From Eimeria praecox (Eukaryota): 64,000 bases of DNA. The stretch is taken from NCBI GenBank assembly GCA_963920595.1, contig OY986948.1, positions 5,022,001 to 5,086,000 on the forward strand, given 5' to 3'. The position numbers were made by a program, and so were the translations under genes. The notes under the pieces were generated by a model. That model was not told the DNA's origin. It saw nothing but the letters and a program-made list of their open reading frames with translations, and made no database searches. Shown piece by piece: positions 40,601-56,920 of the stretch (its first letter is position 1; every line of letters starts with the position of its first letter).

Positions 40601-43456
40601 GCTCTGGATAAGCGAATCGATGCTCGGGTGCAGGCAGTTGCTTTGAGATGGGAACCTGGCTAGTTCCTTTGATTCCTGCTCGAGGATGCAGGCACCGTAT
40701 GGAAGGGGAGTTCATCTGAGTTGGATGGCGCACTGCTACGGCGAATGCGATCACCTATTGGCACGCTTCATGCTCGCGGCAGCATATGCAACGTAGACAT
40801 TCTTTTGTGGCTAAGCATCGGTTGAAGGGCCGTCTTTAACACTGGTTCGTTAGGACGTAAGCTGAGCGGTGCAGGAAGCAGAAAAAGGCAGCGTAGCAAG
40901 CACCTCCCAACCCAGCTCCTTTAGTAGGTATGCACGTTATGGGCGAGCAATGGGGCCCTGAAAAGCATGGAGGTGCTCGCGAATGCAAGGCACGCAAGCA
41001 CTGACGAAAGGCTGAGTTGGCAAGTGTTGCAATTCCATGGGTAGGCACTTCAGACCTGTGTCTGGCCTTACGCTGTGTGCACGTGCGGAGGCATAAATGA
41101 ACTACCTTATTTTTTGAGGAGGAGCGTTTCATAACGTTTTGGATATGCGAGCGTTAGAGGGACAAGAGCTGTGTGTCTTCGAGCTCTCCAGGAAACGTGG
41201 GATGCATGGCTAGCTTGGCAGGACGCCTTAAAGCAGAAAGGGACGTGAGGATTAGCATTTTGCGTTTTTGAGTGTCCCTAGGCGGCACTGAACTACGGAG
41301 TGTGTTGTTGCTTTGCCTGCACCCGTAAATCATGGATGTTGGAACCATTTGAAATGGCTGCAAGATACGACTAGAACACCAAAGGCTGGGCTTTAGCACC
41401 GTTTGACTTCAGCTTCACAGTCGCTGCGCTTGCGTTCTTGTAGGTAGATACTTTGTCCCTGTGCGGCACTGCCACTAGGGATGGTGTAGCAAGTCCCAGT
41501 GCAGTGAGTGCATCCTCACTTTGGTAGTGTAGGTGGATTGCTTCGATTACGTCGAAATGATTTGGATCAGTCTAGCCCCATTTCGTAGCAAGTTCACGAT
41601 TGGCGGCAGCCGAGCCGACGGCCTGGGAGCTGTGGCGAGCGCGCGCTGAAGCGAGACTAGGTGGACTGTTGAGCATCCGTTGCTGCTTAGTCGAGCAAAC
41701 CGTGAGTGTTAGGAGGTGCGCAGCATGTAGCAATCTGTGAGCATGGGGGCGCAATGCAACCAAGAGTCCATGAACCAATGCACTAGTGTGCTAGTGCATT
41801 GGCAGCGGGCTCTGGATAAGCGAATCGATGCTCGGGTGCAGGCAGTTGCTTTGAGATGGGAACCTGGCTAGTTCCTTTGATTCCTGCTCGAGGATGCAGG
41901 CACCGTATGGAAGGGGAGTTCATCTGAGTTGGATGGCGCACTGCTACGGCGAATGCGATCACCTATTGGCACGCTTCATGCTCGCGGCAGCATATGCAAC
42001 GTAGACATTCTTTTGTGGCTAAGCATCGGTTGAAGGGCCGTCTTTAACACTGGTTCGTTAGGACGTAAGCTGAGCGGTGCAGGAAGCAGAAAAAGGCAGC
42101 GTAGCAAGCACCTCCCAACCCAGCTCCTTTAGTAGGTATGCACGTTATGGGCGAGCAATGGGGCCCTGAAAAGCATGGAGGTGCGCGCGAATGCAAGGCA
42201 CGCAAGCACTGACGAAAGGCTGAGTTGGCAAGTGTTGCAATTCCATGGGTAGGCACTTCAGACCTGTGTCTGGCCTTACGCTGTGTGCACGTGCGGAGGC
42301 ATAAATGAACTACCTTATTTTTTGAGGAGGAGCGTTTCATAACGTTTTGGATATGCGAGCGTTAGAGGGACAAGAGCTGTGTGTCTTCGAGCTCTCCAGG
42401 AAACGTGGGACGCATGGCTAGCTTGGCAGGACGCCTTAAAGCAGAAAGGGACGTGAGGATTAGCATTTTGCGTTTTTGAGTGTCCCTAGGCGGCACTGAA
42501 CTACGGAGTGTGTTGTTGCTTTGCCTGCACCCGTAAATCATGGATGTTGGAACCATTTGAAATGGCTGCAAGATACGACTAGAACACCAAAGGCTGGGCT
42601 TTAGCACCGTTTGACTTCAGCTTCACAGTCGCTGCGCTTGCGTTCTTGTAGGTAGATACTTTGTCCCTGTGCGGCACTGCCACTAGGGATGGTGTAGCAA
42701 GTCCCAGTGCAGTGAGTGCATCCTCACTTTGGTAGTGTAGGTGGATTGCTTCGATTACGTCGAAATGATTTGGATCAGTCTAGCCCCATTTCGTAGCAAG
42801 TTCACGATTGGCGGCAACCGAGCCGACGGCCTGGGAGCTGTGGCGAGCGCGCGCTGAAGCGAGACTAGGTGGACTGTTGAGCATCTGTTGCTGCTTAGTT
42901 GAGCAAACCGTGAGTTTTAGGAGGTGCACAGCATGTAGCAATCTGTGAGCATGAGGGCGCAGTGCAACCAAGAGTCCATGAACCAGTGCACTAGTGTGCT
43001 AGTGCATTGGCAGCGGGCTCTGGATAAGCGAATCGATGCTCGGGTGCAGGCAGTTGCTTTGAGATGGGAACCTGGCTAGTTCCTTTGATTCCTGCTCGAG
43101 GATGCAGGCACCGTATGGAAGGGGAGTTCATCTGAGTTGGATGGCGCACTGCTACGGCGAATGGGATCACCTATTGGCACGCTTCATGCTCGCGGCAGCA
43201 TATGCAACGTAGACGTTCTTTTGTGGCTAAGCATCGGTTGAAGAGCCGTCTTTAACACTGGTTCGTTAGGACGTAAGCTGAGCGGTGCAGGAAGCAGAAA
43301 AAGGCAGCGTAGCAAGCACCTCCCAACCCAGCTCGTTTAGTAGGTATGCACGTTATGGGCGAGCAGTGGGGCTCTGAAAAGCATGGAGGTGCTCGCCAAT
43401 GCGAGGCATGCAAGCACTGACGAAAGGCTGAGTTGGCAAGTACTGCAATTCCATGG
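28637..43456. repeat. 1208-bp tandem macrosatellite, 12 full copies plus a 325-bp partial copy
   Basis: CTGAGTTGGATG unit starts at 28637, 29845, 31052, 32260, 33468, 34676, 35884, 37092, 38300, 39508, 40716, 41924 and 43132. Units differ by scattered SNPs; unit 2 is 1207 bp. Confidence 0.98.
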
Positions 43457-46115
43457 ACAGGGGCCTCAGCGCTACGGTTGGGTTTAGACTGTGTGCAGTT
43501 TCGGTACGTATGATTGAACAGGCGTTATTGGCGCTGGTCGAGGGTATTTAGCATTGTAGCGTGTTGCGCCCTGTTTGGATCGTGCCCAGAAGAGATGAAG
43601 TTGAGGTGTGCATAGAGATACCACGTGAAGGCTTCAAAGTATGAACATATTTAAAGAGGCGGAGTACCTGGCGTGGTTACAGGGGCAATGGGTTTACAGA
43701 ACCTGTAAGGCGGTAGTAAAAGGCAACACATTTGCTATGAGGCTGGAGTAAAGCGAGGGTGAATGGGAATGGCAAATTCACTTTTTTGCCATTTTTGGTG
43801 CCCAGTTGCCCTAGATATGAAAGTATTCTGGCTCATCAATTCTGGCGTAACACACACCGTGCTAATAGAAGCTCTTACTTGCCTGTGAACGCTTACGCGG
43901 GTGGGCTAGCGATGTGCATGACTATCTTTGGGAATCTAGCATTATTCTTGTCTGCGTAGGAAATTGCCGCTTTTGTGTCTCTGCTGTGTGTGTTGATTGG
44001 GAGACTGAGACTGGCGCGAGCAGTATTCGAGCAGCATGCGTGTGCCGAGTATGGGGTTGCTCTAGACGGCAAGCATACTGACTTGAAATATTTCAGTACT
44101 GAAGGCCTTTAAGAAGCTTTGCAAAATAGGAGATGCTCCGTTGGTGTATAAGCCGGTGTTATCGTTTCCGTGGCTGGCGCATTTTGTTTATTACCCTTTG
44201 TAGATCATATTTGCAAGCATGATTTTCACTTCACGGCCGCTATTCTGATGTGATAGCTTTACACTGTTCAATTCAACAACTGTGCGTGTCTGGCATGTGT
44301 ACTCTACAGTGAATGCCATGGCTTGCTTTCCTCACCTGAGTGTATGCTTTACTCGTGTCTTGGATATGAGCACCGGCAGTGGGACTGCGTAGAGTTATCA
44401 CTTTGTTTTGAGGATATCTCTGAAACTATAGACAGGGCGTATTATAAGCATGCTCGTACCTTAACAGGTTGACAAGCCATCTTCGGCATGGGGCAGTGGC
44501 ACAGGCTGCATCATTCCTTCAGGATGTGGTAGATACGCATGGTACGAAAAGAAATATTTAGTAATTTGAGAATTTGCAGCTTCTCCAGTAGCATGGATTT
44601 CTGACGTTACCCAGCAGCGTTCGATGGGGAATGGTATACCAATTACGGTGTTCTCTCTTTTACACCAGAGTATGGCATATTGCAAGTGGCTTGGCGGAAC
44701 CGCCCGCACAGGTATTGCTAATCTGAAAACATGAGTTCTAAACAGTTCCTTAGCTTGCTGAAAGACATTTACGTAAAACAGTGGGGTCGAGTGGCACCTT
44801 TTCTGACTATAGGCGTGCGCAGTCTTTAGGTCTCTTTGAATTTATTAAAGTGCACCGACAGACGTTTGTGTGCGTGATGGACCTGCCAGGCAGTCAACAG
44901 TGTGCTGCTGCAAAACGGCGTTAAATTCCACCCTTACTTCATGGTTTGAGCGTTACTGTCTTTAATTCGGCGCAAGGCGGTTATACCTACACTAAGTAGT
45001 AAGTATGTTGCTGCTGTTATATTTCTCTACTCATACACCGGATCCAAAATGCCTGTATGAATGTAGTATATAGCGATCTGCTGGCAAACTCTCGGCAGGT
45101 TGCGAAAAGGGCAGGGAAAATGTGCCAGTTCGGGGTTTGAGGTTGCCTGAAACAGTCACCTTCACGCGCCGATGCCGCGCGTTGAGGCAACTCCCTTTCT
45201 TCAGTTTCCTCTCTCGGCATAAAATGCTTGCATGGTTCGCACTCTATCTTTTACGGGCGGCAAACAACGGATTATTCAGTGAAGGGCTTCGAGAGTTTTG
45301 CGGCTACAATGCTGTTCAAAATATCAGAAGCCGGCTTATCCTTGGTTCAGTATATCTTTTGTCTTGCACTGGTATTTTAGTCTAGCTGTGAAGAGCCGCA
45401 GTCAGCCTTCAAAGTTCATTCCAACCTTTCCGGTACCCTTATACTAAGCGTTTTAGCATTCGCATGTTGAACAGCCCGTAAAGCATCATGGCAAGGAGGT
45501 TTTTAGAGCATGGCTCAGAGCTATCAAGTACTTATTGGTTATTGTTTAAGGCCTAAGAACTACAGGTCACAGTTGAGGGCTAAGCTGTGAGGGTGCTAGG
45601 GATGTTAAAGTAAGTCCTACAATTCCTCGGTATCGAACACGGAGCTCTCATAAGGAAGGAGACGCATGAACGGACAGACCTGATTCATCAAGAAGAAGAG
45701 GCAAGGCCGCTCGCAGAGCAAGCGTATCCTCAGGTCCCGGCATAGTATTTCCTTAAACTCCTTGGTTTCGAGGTGTAGAATTTGAAAGGGAAAAGCCTTA
45801 GATAAAGGTTGAAGGTTCCTTACTATTCGTAGAGCTTTATGGACTGTACTTAAGCCAGCATGGTTAGATCTTTCTCACTACTGGCACTCTTTACTCGTCC
45901 GGTCCCTTGCACATTTCTCTGCGCTTGTTTTGGACTTCTTTTCGAATTGTGTTTGTTTAGAACACGGGAGGAGTTTAGGTAAGAAACTTCACCAAGTTAC
46001 TCTTCGGCGTGGTTTATTACTTGCTGTTTCTTCTGTACAAATAGCATCTTTTGCACTTGCTTCTCCTGTTTTGCGAATGCGCCTACTGTGTTGTTGTTTT
46101 TTCGAATCACTGTGA

Positions 46116-46675
46116 GGCAAGTCAAGGGCGCAGCAATGAGCAGCCGCTCTGCAGGAGCACAAGTAGGCTGCGCCTTCTGAAACAGACAAACAGGCTATTC
46201 TCGCCAATAAGAAGCAGTACAAACAGGAGAAGCAGGAAGCCATTAAGCAGCTACGGGTGATCTTCAGCAGCAGGAACATCCCGAGCAGCCCATCTAGGAA
46301 GTAGCGCAATCTTCTTCAGGTGCAACAGAAAACTGCAGTTCATCAAGACCCCCTACAGCAGTAAATCAAGAAGCAAAGCTCTGCCATAGAAAATGAACGC
46401 AGAAGATGCAGCCAGTTGTAATACTGCACGCATTTCAAGACGCAGGTGCAGCTGTTGCAACAGACAAAAGCAGCAGATGATTTGATAGATTTGATAGTCA
46501 CTCAAGAGCAGCAAGGCGCGGTCGAGATAGTGAAGGCGTTTTGCAGCAACACTCAACTGGCGCAAAAATACTGAAGCCTGCTCCCAGATGGGCCTCCTGA
46601 GCAGCTGCTGAAGCGCCACCAGCAAGCGAAGTTGCAACCGCAGCGAAAGCGGCTGTTACAGCGGCTTTCGCTGCG
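46116..46675 (+). pseudogene. Decayed exon of a Q/E/K-rich coiled-coil-like protein
   Basis: One frame reads ...ETDKQAILANKKQYKQEKQEAIKQLRVIF...KTQVQLLQQTKAADDLIDLIVTQEQQ...EQLLKRHQQAKLQPQRKRLLQRLSL with 6 in-frame stops and no frameshift. It is followed by GTAAG, a possible splice donor, at 46676. Confidence 0.55.
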
Positions 46676-47229
46676 GTAAGGAGGGACAGATTGGAAATAA
46701 TCTGTATAAAACATAGTGCAAAACTTTCGCCAGGAACCCATAGAGTACGATGACCAAATCCAGTTTGTCCACTCGGAAGCTGCATTGGGGGGTGACTGTC
46801 GTGTGAAGTCAAATAAAGAAGGCAGTAGCCTCTCGTCAGGAAATTATCCCCTTCATATGCCATAGCTATGCTGCCTCATGACGGGCTGCGCAGGCCTTGC
46901 GGGGATGGCCTACACCCTGGTAGGTCCCCAAAACACCAGGGCTCAAAGCATCATTGATCTTTTTTTGAAGGGTGCAGCTCCGCGTTATTACTTCTTGCAT
47001 AGCCCCTGTGCTGGCGGTACCCGTATCTCTACTTCCTCCCACGCAGGCAATGGAGGGTCAAGTAAGTGTTTAAACGCATCCTACACTATAGCCTACAATG
47101 CTATCGCTTGCACCAAAAGGATTGGTTATGCGGGCATGTGGAGGTGCCTCGCAGCTCTCTCTGTAGCAATGAGCGTTGCAGCCCATGCAGCGCCCAGTGT
47201 GCCCACCTGCACAGGCCTGAGTTCTGCGA

Positions 47230-48230
47230 CGCGCAGGAAGCCTGCAGGCTGCCACTGCTGAATGTGGCCCCCCACCTCAGGGGGGCTTAGGATATGGCAA
47301 TAACTTGTAAAAACGGAAAAGGACAAACTTCAAAAAAGGACGAGCATCTTTTGAAGACTCCTTGTAAAAGCCGTAGGCTTTTTGTCTTGCATAATGGATG
47401 CTGATCATGATCTGCCATCGATTGAGGAGGCAGGCAACGGCCGTGAGCCTTGCTGAGCAGAACGCTCATCGAGCAGAAACAAGCTCGCTGTGGTCATTTC
47501 CTTCAGTGGGAAGTCCACCCCGGCCCAGAACAATTCATGAACGATATATCTGATATGACGCGCACTCCGATGCAGATATGGAAGAGGACCTCATTTGTTC
47601 CCCCAACATATACCTTCGCCGTAAAAACGCACTGGAAAATCAGCAGCTGGTACTGACATCTTGTCTATTAGAAGGGATGCACGACGATGGAAGGTATATC
47701 TCACCAAAGCTTCCGCTTTCCCAGAGCACATCAGGACCACGCACGCGTTCCAGACAAGCCTTCCGCGATGATCTGAGAAGCAGAATTATTTCCAGATTTG
47801 CCAGGGAACAGGATATGGAGGGGCAGAAAATTTAAGAAGGGGAACCACGCGAAATAACTGTAACTCATGAAGTATCAGCCGCTGGTGAACACACGTTCAA
47901 GGGCGGACGCGGGTCGTCTGCATTAGTTGCTTCAAAGCAAGGCCGCCTCCCGGGAGAGAAACAGTTGGTAATCGCCCGAGCGTCGGATACTGGGCTACGC
48001 GGTCAAGCGGTTGAACTCGCTGAGATGATAGAGTGCATTCGGAACAACGACAAACTCTCCACTTAAACATCTCCAAGCTGAAAAAGAAGAAGGCTTTGGA
48101 AGTGGCCCAGATTCGCAGCTTATGCATATTGGGGATGTAAGCCTTCAGACAATCCCATTAAGAGGTTAGAAGCACCACCAGGCACCAGCAAACGAGTTCA
48201 GCACCCAGAAAGCTGGGAGCTCGTATCAGC
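47230..48230 (+). mobile_element. Highly decayed Ty3/Gypsy LTR-retrotransposon pol remnant (RT, possibly RNase H)
   Basis: Ordered, frameshifted RT-like motifs: DHDLPSIEE (~YPLPxIEE), RCGHFLQWEV (~RYGHFEWxVMP), FMNDI, EDLICSPNI (~DDILIYS), LENQQLVLT, KASAFPEHI (~FLGHI), and LGYAVKRLN (RNase H-like). Boundaries are approximate. Confidence 0.6.
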
Positions 48231-48452
48231 ATATCTGCTTCTTTTGCAATAAATGAGGCTCCCTTATTCGGCACCGCAGGAGCATGGGAAAACCTTAGAA
48301 ACTGCAGAAACACAACCTCGAGCAGTGCTGCCAGGGGAATAGATAAAGCGACCACGAGAATTTCCGGACTCCCGTGCACCGTGAACCATAGTGGTGTGGC
48401 TGAACGAAGGGGAACCGGCAACGGTATATCTTTTCGAGTTAATTCAAACGTA

Positions 48453-48518
48453 GCCGTGCCAAGTACAGCTAGCATTGATACGCAAATCCGTATCAATGCT
48501 AGCTGTACTTGGCACGGC
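48453..48518. other. Perfect inverted repeat: 30-bp arms, 6-nt loop
   Basis: GCCGTGCCAAGTACAGCTAGCATTGATACG-CAAATC-CGTATCAATGCTAGCTGTACTTGGCACGGC; the arms are exact reverse complements. Confidence 0.97.
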
Positions 48519-48731
48519 CTGAGTCGTGGGACGGACATCTTAAGCTAGGGTGAGGCGGTGCAACCTTCCAATGCATTCGTTGGCACAGTCTCTGCCACTT
48601 CGCGTTGCGGGTGGCAAGCCAGAGACGAGCATCTGTAGACCTATTAGCATAAAATACGATATCTACGCTCTCATGGGCTATATTTATACTCTACGGGTCT
48701 TCTACCGTCGACCAAAGCATATTTCTCTCTC

Positions 48732-54099
<5,368 letters not shown>

Positions 54100-54119
54100 G
54101 GGGGAAGCGATGAGAGAGT

Positions 54120-56920
54120 GAATATCTCAACTCACAACGTTGCTTGCATCCTCTACGGGAAGAGGAGTGGAATCAGCGTCTCAAGGCGAAAGGTGCGAGG
54201 AAGCTCTTACGCACCGCAGAGGCGCAGCAGGAAGCGACGTAGAAATCATGCACACAGTCGTTATGGTCCTACCACGACCGCAGTTTGGGGGGGATATGCT
54301 CAAGTTAATAACTGAGGAACAGCTGAAGCGGACAAACTTGAAGGTAGAGACTTTTGGTGTACCCAGTAAAAAAATGGCTTCCAGCGGGCAGGCTACCTGC
54401 TGGATGCTCAGTGCGCCGCATCGAACTCATTCCAAGTCCAGTCCCAAGCTTTATTTCATCGTACAGACGACCTGTGCCTATATCAGCGGAAATCTACCGT
54501 CAAGCATAAGAACTGTTGAAAAAGGCAAGGCTCAACTGCCAACTAGCGCGTTTAGGCGCAGTCCGGTGTTGGCGAAGTACAAGGACGGAAAGTGGGTAAG
54601 GCGCATTCACGAGCCCCTTCGGCTCGTGAATGCGCTGGGGACACTGTAACGGTGGGTGAATCACGACTTCCTGTGGCTAGTCAATTGCACATGGATGGTA
54701 ATATGCACAGATGTGTTGCTAATGCCAGCTGCGGTGTGCAGGACCACTCGCAGCACCAGCCCGCTCTCCTACTACTACGCGAGAAGCAATGTCTCGTGGA
54801 AACGCAGACGCGTTTGGTTTTTATGCGCGTGGCGTGCTGCAGGAGTAGAGTCAGGCCTGGCAAGGACAGCGGCAATTTGGGCTTGCCCCCTACCGCTGTG
54901 CACTCGCACAGGCATTCAGATGTATCTCAGTGTCGCGTAAAACTACCGCAACTTCATTCCTAGATTCCCTCACACAGGTGCCCTGTAACGGATCTACTTA
55001 ACACCTTGTTGTTAACTGGGGAAGAGAGACAAGACGAAGCCGCCAGAAGCCTCATCAGACCCCTGCCATTGCCTCCAGTACTCGCACCCCGGACTTCAGC
55101 GAACATTTCTTCCTAACAACAGATAATAGTGGTGCGCTAGCTGGGATATTGCTTTACCAGAAGGCAAATGACTCGAAAAGGCACCAAGTGATCGCCTGCT
55201 ACTCACACCGCTTTATGGAAAGAGTGTGAACCACTCGGTACGTGAGGAGCTCCAAGCGGTCTGGTGCGGAGTGAAAAGCAATAGGCATTACTTATATGGC
55301 CGGCATTTCACTGTAAAAGACGGCCATCAACCGAAGACACGCCTGATGAAGAGTTCTCATGACCCTGATGATGATAGAATCGTTAGGGGGTTTTGCCGAC
55401 ATACGCATCATGACTTCACAATCGAGTATAGCACGCCTACCATCAACACCTTGTTCGTTGACGCACCCTCCTGGTGCCCCCCCAGTCAGACAGTGTGTTT
55501 TGCGCATACGCTTTATTTGCTATGGTCCCCCTTGCTTTTCTAAATTGATTCTCTCTTCCTTGCAAGATGATCATGCGGCTGCAGCCCTCGCTCAGATCAA
55601 CAACGACGGGCCAGCCACTACGGCACCGACAACGTTCGCTAGAGGTACCCGAAGAAGCACACGCTCCGACGAACACACCTTCCAGCCTCGCTTCGCACCG
55701 ACGTGCTGCCCAAAATGAACGATCACGTTGTAGCTGGTGCCAGCACAACGATGGAATGCGCTGCTAGGCCACTTTGGTAACCTAGTACGAGCCCATCAAC
55801 CAAACAATATCTCCCCACCTGCCCTGAATGCCGAAAGAAGGAGCCGCTTAAAACTCTCATATATGGATTTTTGCAGAATCATCCCGTCCGAAATTGCATC
55901 TGGAAGGGCATCCCGTTGGATTTGATTCTGGGCTTACCAGCAGCAAGAGGCTGCGACAGCACCTGCGCTGTTGTGAACAGACACGCAAAATACGCCCACT
56001 TCGTGTCCTGCTCGAGTTCAATTACAACATAAGGAGAGACTCATTTATTTATTACTCATTTGCGAAAGCTCCCGGTTCTTCGAAAAGATTCATAACTGAC
56101 AAGGATCCAGGCTCCGTTAACCCCCTTTGTGGTGAATTCATTTAACAGCCAAATATCGGTCATAGCATGGCCATTGCGGATAGCAGGCGACCAGCCTGAA
56201 CGCATCAACCGCACTCTTTTGCAGGGCAGTACTCTACAGAATTCACCCAAGTGGCTTATTTCCTTACTGTGCAGAATGCGTGTATAAGACAACAGTGCTC
56301 CCTTCAGCCCGTTGCCCTCCGGCATCGCTTATCTACACTAACACGCCCCTACCTGCCTCGACATTACAGCAGGCTGTGGGGAGCCAGCCCTGTATGCCCG
56401 CAGCCGCCGACTTCCTGCACGGCGTGCCCTAATGAAGGGATGCATGAAGAAACCACATGACAGCCAAGTGGAAACTCTCACAAGCCATGCCCAGAAATAA
56501 TTTCCAGTCCAGACGTTGGTTCTGATGGATAACCACACCCTTTTAAGACCGCTAGACGAACAGCAGCAGAAAAATTTCGCCGCCCGTTGGGTCCTTCCCT
56601 GTTCGCTCTCGGCCTAGCGCTCTGGCGTGCATCGCATACTTACCTCGTACGTGGAGATATCATCATAGTATTAGTGGTGGATCCCTGTAAAACGTAAGGG
56701 GATCACCGACCTTTCCTCGAACTGTCGACACAATGAGGGAAACTTCACTACAAAACGAAGAAAATGGCGGATTCTAAGATCCTGCATACGCGTGTCCTGC
56801 CTCAAAGGAGTCACAAACTAACGATGCTTATGTTAAATTCCACGGGAAACCACAACCGGAATGGGCTTCTGACGATCGCTTGAGTGCAGCAATACTTAAA
56901 GATACTTTAGGAACCCTCCT
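54120..56920 (+). mobile_element. Decayed Ty3/Gypsy chromovirus-like pol: RT (internally deleted), RNase H, integrase, GPY/F-like motif, chromodomain-like end
   Basis: Motifs in canonical Gypsy order across frameshifts and stops. RT: SPVLAKYKDGKW, PLRLVNALGTL*RWVN, NYRNFIP. RNase H: PDFSEHFFLTTD, VIACYSHR, RHYLYGRHFTV, DFTIEY. Integrase: GFLQNHPVRNCIWKGIPLDLILGLP, VVNRHAKYAHFV, KRFITDKDP. C-terminus: KFRRPLGPS/ARWVLP region, then YVKFHGKPQPEW. Confidence 0.9.

Noticed and set aside
28757..42971. Recurrent 98-, 81- and 63/68-aa minus-strand ORFs in the macrosatellite
   Set aside because: They are short with no recognisable domains, they recur only because of the repeat, and many unit SNPs change the amino acid.
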